A DNA stretch of 23,099 nt from the IMG/VR virus record IMGVR_UViG_3300037467_000752. One strand, given 5' to 3'. Every line of letters starts with the position of its first letter. Within the stretch, counting starts at the first letter, position 1. Both the position numbers and the translations under genes were made by a program. This DNA comes from a virus. Lineage: Duplodnaviria > Heunggongvirae > Uroviricota > Caudoviricetes. Positions 14,565 to 20,880 of this stretch are shown here, piece by piece. Below the pieces are notes generated by a model. That model ran no database searches, was not told the origin of the DNA, and saw only the letters and a list, made by a program, of their open reading frames with translations.

Positions 14565-14753
14565 CTAGTTGGTTTGCTGGGCTGTGCCGTTGCGACGGCG
14601 ATAAAGCTCCGTAGCGGCGTCGTTCAATTGATCGAGGTATTTGCATTCGGCTTCCGGGCTGTGCCCCCGCATAGCGTCAGCGGCTTCCTTAGCGTCACGC
14701 ATAATGTAATGCAGTTCCGCATCCGTCTTATGGCTGTAGCGCGTGGTGAGCAT
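14565..14753 (-). CDS. Phage hypothetical protein, 62 aa
   Basis: CGGAG RBS; L.YI..DA.EAA.A...E.KYLDQ.NDA pattern. Confidence 0.82.
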   Translation of the reverse strand: MLTTRYSHKTDAELHYIMRDAKEAADAMRGHSPEAECKYLDQLNDAATELYRRRNGTAQQTN

Positions 14754-14780
14754 GTTTGCGACTCCGTTGATGAAGGCTCG

Positions 14781-14808
14781 ATTATGTCCCGTTACCGTAC
14801 ATTGTCAA
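14781..14808 (-). promoter_or_regulatory. sigma70 promoter with operator filling the spacer
   Basis: TTGACA-16-CATAAT; operator TGTACGGTAACGGGACA (14801-14785). Confidence 0.85.
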
Positions 14809-14814
14809 GCGGGC

Positions 14815-14845
14815 AAAAATAAACCCCGCGCCAGGTGGGGCTTTC
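14815..14845 (-). terminator. Intrinsic terminator
   Basis: AAAGCCCC-ACCTGGCGC-GGGGTTTATTTTT. Confidence 0.75.
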
Positions 14846-14856
14846 CTGTGGCTGTC

Positions 14857-15063
14857 CTAGTGGCATTCCATAGAGGCACTGCCCCCGCTTACGCGCGTAA
14901 TGCATGTTTGCACCTGTCCGAATGGCCCGCGCACATGTGTGACAGTAGATGATGATTCGCCTACCGTGAAGGTCTGAGACTCTACCTGTAGGGGCTGCGG
15001 CTCACAGGCGCACAGCCCCAAAGACAGGGCCACGAGTAGGGCTGCGGTGTAGGCGCGGCTCAC
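14857..15063 (-). CDS. Small lipoprotein
   Basis: Signal peptide II pattern with lipobox L-C-A-C; beta-rich mature part with two further Cys. Confidence 0.75.
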   Translation of the reverse strand: MSRAYTAALLVALSLGLCACEPQPLQVESQTFTVGESSSTVTHVRGPFGQVQTCITRVSGGSASMECH

Positions 15064-15572
15064 AGGGCCACCCTGAGCGTTTCCGCAATCTTCAGGATGA
15101 GCGCAGCCGTGCGGGGGTCTTCCATCATTTTAAGAGCCTGCGCGTATTCCGGGGCTACGTGCACGGTTACCGGAACAGTAGCACCACTACTAGGCGTAGA
15201 CGTAGGCGCTTCAGGCTGTGGCGTGCCGTTGCCTGCCTTCAAGATATCGGCCTCCATTTGCGCCCGTGCGGCTGCAGCCCGCTTGTTTTCTTGCTGGCCT
15301 GCGATAAGGTTCGGACGTTCTTTGTACGTGCGCGGCAGGCGTTGACGTAGGAAAACCGATTCTAGCGGCTGTCCCGTGGCTTTAGCGTAACGCTTGCGCA
15401 AGGCTTCCGCGTCAGCATCGCTAACCGGCTGTGTCCGCATGTAGTAATCAACGCCAACGGTTTTGGTTCCGGCTGCGCCGTCCCACATTTGCAGTTGTCC
15501 ATCTTTCAAGCTGTCAGCAATGAAGACGGCAGGAGAGCTATCAGCACCAATGCGGGCAAGAATGGAAGGCAT
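15060..15572 (-). CDS. Hypothetical protein, 170 aa
   Basis: AGGAG RBS; first gene of the leftward block. Confidence 0.85.
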   Translation of the reverse strand: MPSILARIGADSSPAVFIADSLKDGQLQMWDGAAGTKTVGVDYYMRTQPVSDADAEALRKRYAKATGQPLESVFLRQRLPRTYKERPNLIAGQQENKRAAAARAQMEADILKAGNGTPQPEAPTSTPSSGATVPVTVHVAPEYAQALKMMEDPRTAALILKIAETLRVAL

Positions 15573-15625
15573 TTTTGGGGCTCCTATGAATTGCCCCTAA
15601 GCTGGGGCGGGTTGAAAGTGTTTGT

Positions 15626-15716
15626 ACTGTAGCGGCTTGTTTTGTTCGTTGCTAGCTGGGGCTCGGCATTGTCCTACGCGGGAGGCTTGCGTACGGTTGA
15701 GCCGTTATGCTAGAAT
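15626..15716. promoter_or_regulatory. Divergent promoters
   Basis: Minus: TAGCAA-17-TACAGT (15654-15626). Plus: TTGCGT-18-TGcTAGAAT (15687-15716). Confidence 0.7.
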
Positions 15717-15721
15717 AGCCG

Positions 15722-15884
15722 ACACGCAAGCCGGAAACGTCCTACAGGGATGGCCGGAAACTACAACCAATAGTATTAGGAGATACGGAACAAAGGCGCT
15801 GGGCTGTCAGTAAAGCCCTACAAAATCCGGCGATGTAAGCCTACGCGAGAGCGGCCACGGTAAACACCCGTGAGCCGCTTTTTT
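15722..15884 (+). ncRNA. Candidate ~160-nt GGA-rich sRNA
   Basis: Bounded by a promoter and a strong terminator; no ORF longer than 7 aa from ATG; five GGA motifs. Confidence 0.55.
15850..15884 (+). terminator. Intrinsic terminator
   Basis: AGCGGCCACGG-TAAACAC-CCGTGAGCCGCT followed by TTTTT. Confidence 0.88.
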
Positions 15885-15922
15885 GTTGCCTACTGACTAC
15901 CGGAAGCCTCGATTCCCTCGTT

Positions 15923-15945
15923 CAATGTCCCAGCATTGCCCCAGC
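15923..15945. repeat. 23-bp direct repeat (partner of 792-814)
   Basis: 22/23 identity. Confidence 0.85.
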
Positions 15946-16008
15946 TACAGCCAGCCAAAACCCGTAGGCGTTCCCGCTTGGGTTCCCTCCCGTGGTTTCG
16001 GCAATGCT

Positions 16009-16063
16009 AAGGGAAAGCCCCTAGAAAATTCCGCTTGCGCACCCCGTATCGTTATTGTACTAT
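16009..16063 (+). promoter_or_regulatory. Promoter with box and operator
   Basis: Box AAGGGAAAGCCCCT 12 bp before TTGCGC-17-TACTAT; operator at 16045-16061. Confidence 0.8.
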
Positions 16064-16069
16064 TGGGGC

Positions 16070-16117
16070 AGTTTCGAATTAACAAGGGGTGGACGGCGAC
16101 CCTGCCCGTCTACTTTT
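16070..16117 (+). ncRNA. Repeated short element, copy 3 (sRNA or micropeptide MDGDPARLLF..., 16089-16154)
   Basis: TTCGAAT-TAACA-AGGGGTGGACGGC; hairpin GTGGACGG/CCGTCTAC followed by TTTT. Confidence 0.6.
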
Positions 16118-16247
16118 CAACCTTCCCCCATTTCCCCGGTTTGTTGCAGCCTAGCAACGCTCCAGCCTTAGCTGTTGCGTGGAACCAACGCGACTGTTGG
16201 TTTCACACCACATTTGTAACGGAGGGGGTGCCCCCGGCTCCATGATC

Positions 16248-16269
16248 GGGCGGGGGAGGGGCGGGCGGG
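16248..16269 (+). other. G-rich tract (G-quadruplex-forming pattern) at the block boundary
   Basis: GGGCGGGGGAGGGGCGGGCGGG, followed by an AT-rich stretch. Confidence 0.6.
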
Positions 16270-16356
16270 CTAAGAAGCTTGCGAAAAATTCGGGTAAGTT
16301 CTGGACGTTTTTGAAATTTGAATTTCGAAAAATCGTTTCCGTTCGCTAACTCGCCC

Positions 16357-16581
16357 TCAGCATTCGAACGTCATACCCGTTCTCCGGGCTTCCTCCTTTA
16401 CTTCCGCAACTTTTTCCAGCAGCTTATACAGCGCCGGGTTGTCCTGCGCGTATGCCCGCATAGACAGATAATCGTCACGCATCCACACCAAACCTTTGTG
16501 GCTGTGGAACGCCTTGATAAGTTCGGGCGTGATGTCCTCTACACCAACAGGCGGCAGATAAGCCTTCATGCCGACGCTCAT
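16357..16581 (-). CDS. Hypothetical protein, 74 aa
   Basis: ATGA overlap; coding-like codon use. Confidence 0.75.
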   Translation of the reverse strand: MSVGMKAYLPPVGVEDITPELIKAFHSHKGLVWMRDDYLSMRAYAQDNPALYKLLEKVAEVKEEARRTGMTFEC

Positions 16582-16772
16582 CGCTTGTAGCTCCCAATGC
16601 GCTGCACCACGTTGCCGTAGATGCTGTACGTACCGCCCATGAAGTTCACCACAGTGCGGCCAGTGATAGCCGCCTTGGCTTGGATGAGAGCGTACTTAAT
16701 CCACGTTGCAGCGGCGCTCACGTAGTACATAGCCCAATTGAAGGCGTAGAATACGTAGAAGAAAATCTTCAC
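16578..16772 (-). CDS. Hypothetical protein with hydrophobic N-terminus, 64 aa
   Basis: GTG start with GTGA overlap; VKIFFYVFYAFNWAMYYVSAAATW. Confidence 0.7.
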   Translation of the reverse strand: MKIFFYVFYAFNWAMYYVSAAATWIKYALIQAKAAITGRTVVNFMGGTYSIYGNVVQRIGSYKR

Positions 16773-17062
16773 AGCATGTCTCCAGCAGGAACGCAATAAT
16801 CCCAAGAAGTGACAGCGGGTACGGCCACGTACTTAGGAATGTTCTGGCTGAATGTAGCCAGCGCAAATTCTTTCTTGTTGGGACGCAGCACGGCGATCTT
16901 GTTGTGAAACGGGTGGTCTTCATTGAGGCGAATGAACACAGGAATTCCGGGGTCGGGAAGGTGCTTCGGGCCTTCCACCACAGCGAAATCAACGCCGAGG
17001 CATTCTTCCACCGGGCGGCTGCGGTACTCTTCCTTGTGTTGGCTCATAGTGGTGCGGTGCAT
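16769..17062 (-). CDS. Hypothetical protein, 97 aa
   Basis: CCAACGAAAGGAAC leader/RBS. Confidence 0.8.
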   Translation of the reverse strand: MHRTTMSQHKEEYRSRPVEECLGVDFAVVEGPKHLPDPGIPVFIRLNEDHPFHNKIAVLRPNKKEFALATFSQNIPKYVAVPAVTSWDYCVPAGDML

Positions 17063-17122
17063 GGTACAGTTCCTTTCGTTGGTTGCTGCTAGGTTGGAGG
17101 TTGGTTTTGCTTGCTTGTTGGA

Positions 17123-17287
17123 TTACTTGATAACTCCGCAGGCGACACCCAGCAGGGCCAAACCAATGCTGACCAGAAGCACGCGGGCAGCATCCCCTCC
17201 GGGGGTTTGCGCAAGGTTTCCGAATACGGCCCGGAAGATAAATCCCACGCCTGCGAAGACGATGATGAAGATTGCGAGGGTGCTCAT
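17123..17287 (-). CDS. Small two-TM membrane protein, 54 aa
   Basis: MSTLAIFIIVFAGVGFIFRAVFGNLAQTPGGDAARVLLVSIGLALLGVACGVIK; AACGAAAGGAAC RBS. Confidence 0.82.
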   Translation of the reverse strand: MSTLAIFIIVFAGVGFIFRAVFGNLAQTPGGDAARVLLVSIGLALLGVACGVIK

Positions 17288-17324
17288 AGGTTCCTTTCGT
17301 TTGTTCTACGGTAAGAAAGAAGCA

Positions 17325-17352
17325 AGTGTAGCAAGGCTTGATAGGAAGTCAA
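17325..17352 (-). promoter_or_regulatory. sigma70 promoter
   Basis: TTGACT-16-TGcTACACT. Confidence 0.75.
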
Positions 17353-17452
17353 TAGGGTATTGTTGTAAAAACATCACAAAAGGCAGAAATAAAATTGGCC
17401 CACTTTTAGCAAAGTAGCACCAAAATATCTGTGCACTCTCGTCTTAAAATAT

Positions 17453-17575
17453 CTATGAAGGAATGCGGGTGTTTCCGTGGGGCAAGATGCTTTTAATGAC
17501 TTCGCGCTCCAGCGCCAAGGCTTGCTCGTGGGTCAACCCGTCCTTGTAGATCATCACTTCCACCCGCTCTCTCGC
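17453..17575 (-). pseudogene. C-terminal remnant resembling a GIY-YIG endonuclease
   Basis: RERVEVMIYKDGLTHEQALALEREVIKSILPHGNTRIPS*. The A..LE..xI....P..N pattern matches the GIY-YIG catalytic Glu/Asn motifs; the N-terminal GIY/YIG motifs are missing. Confidence 0.45.
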
Positions 17576-17581
17576 GAAGTA

Positions 17582-17611
17582 TTGACAGCTACGAGCGAAG
17601 TAACGTAGGAT
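17582..17611 (+). promoter_or_regulatory. sigma70 promoter for the rightward operon
   Basis: TTGACA-18-TAGGAT. Confidence 0.75.
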
Positions 17612-17641
17612 AGCGGCTTCAACTGAAAAGGAGACTCAAAC

Positions 17642-18400
17642 ATGGTTGAACCCACCACGAAAGAAATCGATGCGCTGCTCTCTGACTTGGACGAGATCGC
17701 TCGCGACTACGACCACTATGAGTTCGGCTTGCCCATGTTCAACGCGGGAGAAGACGACTCGCCGCTCAACAAGATGCGCAGCGCAGTGCTGACGTGGCTT
17801 GCTGCGCGGGGCATTGCCGTCGCTCCCTACGGGGAAACCAATGCTGGCGTGACAGGCATACACGGCAATCGCGCTTTCACCATTGAGCACGTGGGCACAA
17901 GATTTCAAGCGGCTCTCAGCGCCATTGGGCAAGGACAAGGTTTCAGCGGCTGCGCCATCTGCCCTAACTCCATCCCCTGCGAGACGGGCCGATGCGTCAA
18001 GGCGCAGCGCAATGCTGGCGTGCCGGAACGTCTGCCGAAGCGGCGGAAGGAAGTAACTCGAAACAGGAAAACGACCATGGATGAACCCGCAATTCCGTAT
18101 CTACCGATGGTCGGCAAGCCGCTTCCTGCCGTGCGCGAGGCGCTGAACTGGCTCGCCGGGGCGCTGGAGGATGTTTCGTTTCCGTGGGACGACGACCACC
18201 ATCGCTTTGCGCGGGATGCGTGCCAACGCGCAGCGTCCGAGTTGGAAGCCGTGGTGCCCAGCGCCGAGCTTGCACAGGCAATCCGCGAATGGAACGACAG
18301 CCTACCAGCAGGGACGCTGGGCAAAGTTCACCTAGGCACTTTGCTCGGACGGCTGCAAGCCGTTGTTGGCGTGGATTCACCTGACGGAGCGCAGCGATGA
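17642..18400 (+). CDS. Mosaic phage hypothetical protein, 252 aa
   Basis: AAAGGAG RBS; unrelated-looking segments joined at xGV linkers; one Cys cluster (CAICPNSIPCETGRC). Confidence 0.8.
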   Translation: MVEPTTKEIDALLSDLDEIARDYDHYEFGLPMFNAGEDDSPLNKMRSAVLTWLAARGIAVAPYGETNAGVTGIHGNRAFTIEHVGTRFQAALSAIGQGQGFSGCAICPNSIPCETGRCVKAQRNAGVPERLPKRRKEVTRNRKTTMDEPAIPYLPMVGKPLPAVREALNWLAGALEDVSFPWDDDHHRFARDACQRAASELEAVVPSAELAQAIREWNDSLPAGTLGKVHLGTLLGRLQAVVGVDSPDGAQR

Positions 18401-18705
18401 ACTTCTTCGTGACCCTCTACATCTGGACCGTCGTGCGTCAGATCAGGCGCGAGACTGTAATCCGGGCGGCTGCTACCAACGGCTGGAAGTGTTGCCCAAC
18501 GTGTGCGCAGATGAACGACGAGGCGAATGCGATCTGCTGGCAGTGCGGAGCCGCCCTTGGCGTGCCGGAATCTTTCGACCCGAACAACGGCGATTGCCCG
18601 CACTGCGATCCGGCGCGTTTCTGCACCCGCAAGGAATGCAATACCGATGGCGTGTCAACAGCTGACCGTCAACCGTTTTCTAATAAACCTCTCATGAAAG
18701 ACTGA
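18397..18705 (+). CDS. RanBP2-type zinc-finger protein with second Cys cluster
   Basis: WKCCPTCAQMNDEANAICWQC fits W-x-C-x(2-4)-C-x3-N-x6-C-x2-C; also CPHCDPARFCTRKEC. Confidence 0.75.
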   Translation: MNFFVTLYIWTVVRQIRRETVIRAAATNGWKCCPTCAQMNDEANAICWQCGAALGVPESFDPNNGDCPHCDPARFCTRKECNTDGVSTADRQPFSNKPLMKD

Positions 18706-18707
18706 CA

Positions 18708-20117
18708 ATGACTACCCTCTACGAAATCGTCAAAACCCTGCACGATGTGTCGGGCAACAACGACAAGCTGGCAATCCTGCAACAGCACAAGGACAACGAA
18801 TTACTGAAACAGTACATGAAGGCCGTCATGGACCCGGCTATCAACTACTGGCAGACGAAGTTGCCCAAGTACGACAACAAGACAGCCGCAGCGTCCAATA
18901 TTGACTTCGGGCTTGAGACATTGGCAGACCTGCACGACCTTGCAGAACGTAAGGTGACGGGCAAGGGCGCAACAAAGCAACTGGCAAGCACCCTGAGCGC
19001 ACATACCGACGAGGGGGTGAAGCTTATCGAGTACATCATCAAACGCAAGCTTGGCACGTCCAAGGTGGGCGACACGATGGTGCTGAAGACGTGGCCCGGC
19101 CTGTTCTTCATCCCTCCGTACATGCGCTGTGCAGGCATGGATGCGAAGGTGCTGGCGCACTACAAAGAACTGCCCCACTTTTACGTGCAGCCGAAGCGCG
19201 ATGGTTCGTTCGCCTACCTCTGCGCTGGTTGGGACTTCGGTGGGAAGGTGGCCCTCATCACACGCACGGGCAACTACTATCCGCAATGGCTGGCTGAGAA
19301 AATCCTTGAAGGCGGTATCGGCTATCTTGGCGGCGGGTATGAAGTGTTCGCTGGCGAGTTAGAAGTGTACGCGCGTGGTCCCAACCTCTTAGGTACACCT
19401 GTGTTGCTTGACCGCAAAACTGGCAACGGGATTCTCAATAGCGCCCAAAGTTCTGAGAGCGCCGCTGAGTTTTCCGAGTACATCTTCAAGTTCGTCGCGT
19501 GGGACTTGCTTGCGAGTCAAGAGTGGGAGAGTGGGGCATCGGAGCGGGACTACGCGGAACGGCTGGACGACTTGGCGGAAACCCTCAAGATGGTTGGTTT
19601 CCCCAACATCGAAATGATCGAGACACACGAAGTTTCTTCGACAGAGGAAGCCTTCGAAATCAACACGAAGCTCACTACCGAGGGCAAGGAAGGCACCGTG
19701 TGGAAGAAGATGAGCGGCAAGTGGAAGGACACTTCCAGCGGCACGAAGGACATGGTGAAGCTGAAGGTGAAGTTCCAAGTCGAGTGCAAGGTGACGGGCT
19801 TCTACGAGGGCGAAGGCAAGGCCGCAGGAATGCTGGGCGGCATCGAAATCGCCACGGAAGACGACCTTCTGCAATGCAATTGCGGCTCTGGCTTCAGCGA
19901 CGATGCACGCAAGGAATTTTGGCGCATGTTCAACGAGCATGGCACGGACGACCTCATTGCGACCATCGAAGCCAACGATGTCATCACAAACAAGAATCGC
20001 CCGGACATCATGGCCCTGTCATTGCCGATCTTCATTGAACTTCGCAGTGACCGTAAGCAAGCAGATACGCTGGCCCGTGTGATCGAGCAACGCGATAGCG
20101 CAAGGATGGGCAAATGA
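18708..20117 (+). CDS. ATP-dependent DNA ligase (T4 gp30-like)
   Basis: Motif I KRDG, III FAGEL, IIIa FVAWDLL, IV EGTVWK, V MVKLK; OB domain GEGK..GMLG...CGSGFSD. Confidence 0.97.
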   Translation: MTTLYEIVKTLHDVSGNNDKLAILQQHKDNELLKQYMKAVMDPAINYWQTKLPKYDNKTAAASNIDFGLETLADLHDLAERKVTGKGATKQLASTLSAHTDEGVKLIEYIIKRKLGTSKVGDTMVLKTWPGLFFIPPYMRCAGMDAKVLAHYKELPHFYVQPKRDGSFAYLCAGWDFGGKVALITRTGNYYPQWLAEKILEGGIGYLGGGYEVFAGELEVYARGPNLLGTPVLLDRKTGNGILNSAQSSESAAEFSEYIFKFVAWDLLASQEWESGASERDYAERLDDLAETLKMVGFPNIEMIETHEVSSTEEAFEINTKLTTEGKEGTVWKKMSGKWKDTSSGTKDMVKLKVKFQVECKVTGFYEGEGKAAGMLGGIEIATEDDLLQCNCGSGFSDDARKEFWRMFNEHGTDDLIATIEANDVITNKNRPDIMALSLPIFIELRSDRKQADTLARVIEQRDSARMGK

Positions 20118-20464
20118 GCCGCTTACTCGCTGAGACTGCCGATTACGATACACCCGGCTCGTGGGGCACTGCCTCCGTGGGCTGGCCTGAGATTCGTGGT
20201 GACGTGGCTTACGACATGTACATCTTTGCCAACTGCATCCAGTCGATTCCCTACGGCAGTTACGTGCTTATGGGAGAGCGTGGCCGCTACGGCGCAAAAG
20301 AGTCCATGCTGCGCGTGCATTCCAAGTACCTGACGCAACTGAAGGCGGATTTCGAGCATTGCGGCAAGCCTGATGCAGAAACAAGCGTTCAGCGACGTAA
20401 GCAGTACGGCAAGAAAAATCAATGGGGCAACGAGGAAGCTGCGTCGCTGTGGAGTCCAGCGTGA
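20114..20464 (+). CDS. Hypothetical protein, 116 aa
   Basis: ATGA overlap with the ligase. Confidence 0.75.
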   Translation: MSRLLAETADYDTPGSWGTASVGWPEIRGDVAYDMYIFANCIQSIPYGSYVLMGERGRYGAKESMLRVHSKYLTQLKADFEHCGKPDAETSVQRRKQYGKKNQWGNEEAASLWSPA

Positions 20465-20622
20465 AGTACGTCGCTGGCATTTTGGTAGCCATCGCGCTAT
20501 TCGCCTGTGACGCGAGGCCGTGTAAGCAATCTCACACGGAAACGCAGTTGCTACTCTTCCCGATGAATGACGGCAACATGATGCTGCTGCCTAGCACAAC
20601 GGAGGTTTGCGATAAGCGATGA
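20461..20622 (+). CDS. Small lipoprotein, 53 aa
   Basis: GTG start with GTGA overlap, GGAG RBS; KYVAGILVAIALFAC lipobox. Confidence 0.7.
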   Translation: MKYVAGILVAIALFACDARPCKQSHTETQLLLFPMNDGNMMLLPSTTEVCDKR

Positions 20623-20855
20623 AGACTATCCTGCACGTCAATCAGCACGTAACGCGGTCCAACCGTGTCAACGGGGAGAACGAACCTGTCATCACGGTCA
20701 AGACTCACAAGGACAACCGCTACGCTCACGAAGTGGACATCCTTGACAAGGACGGCAACGTGGTAGCCACCATCATCGTCCACAGGCCGCAGAAGCCGCT
20801 TAGCTGCGGTGCTCGTGTGTGGATAGAAACCAACAACGAGGCTGTGCTTCGTTGA
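20619..20855 (+). CDS. Conserved phage protein (IHVNQH...PLSCGARVWIET)
   Basis: 78 aa; a widespread phage family pattern from memory; function unknown. Confidence 0.9.
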   Translation: MKTILHVNQHVTRSNRVNGENEPVITVKTHKDNRYAHEVDILDKDGNVVATIIVHRPQKPLSCGARVWIETNNEAVLR

Positions 20856-20880
20856 CAGCAACGTAGCTTGCGAGTAAGAT
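20852..20880 (+). promoter_or_regulatory. sigma70 promoter
   Basis: TTGACA-17-TAAGAT, followed by a CCAACGAAAGGAAC leader. Confidence 0.8.

Noticed and set aside
1995-16063. Recurring TAGGG...CCCTA and TGTAC motifs as a CRISPR array
   Set aside because: They are short, irregularly spaced and sit at promoters between genes. There is no repeat-spacer periodicity and no cas gene.
15883-16245. 120-aa plus-strand ORF
   Set aside because: TTG start inside a terminator U-tract, no RBS; it spans a repeat, a promoter and a terminator-like hairpin.
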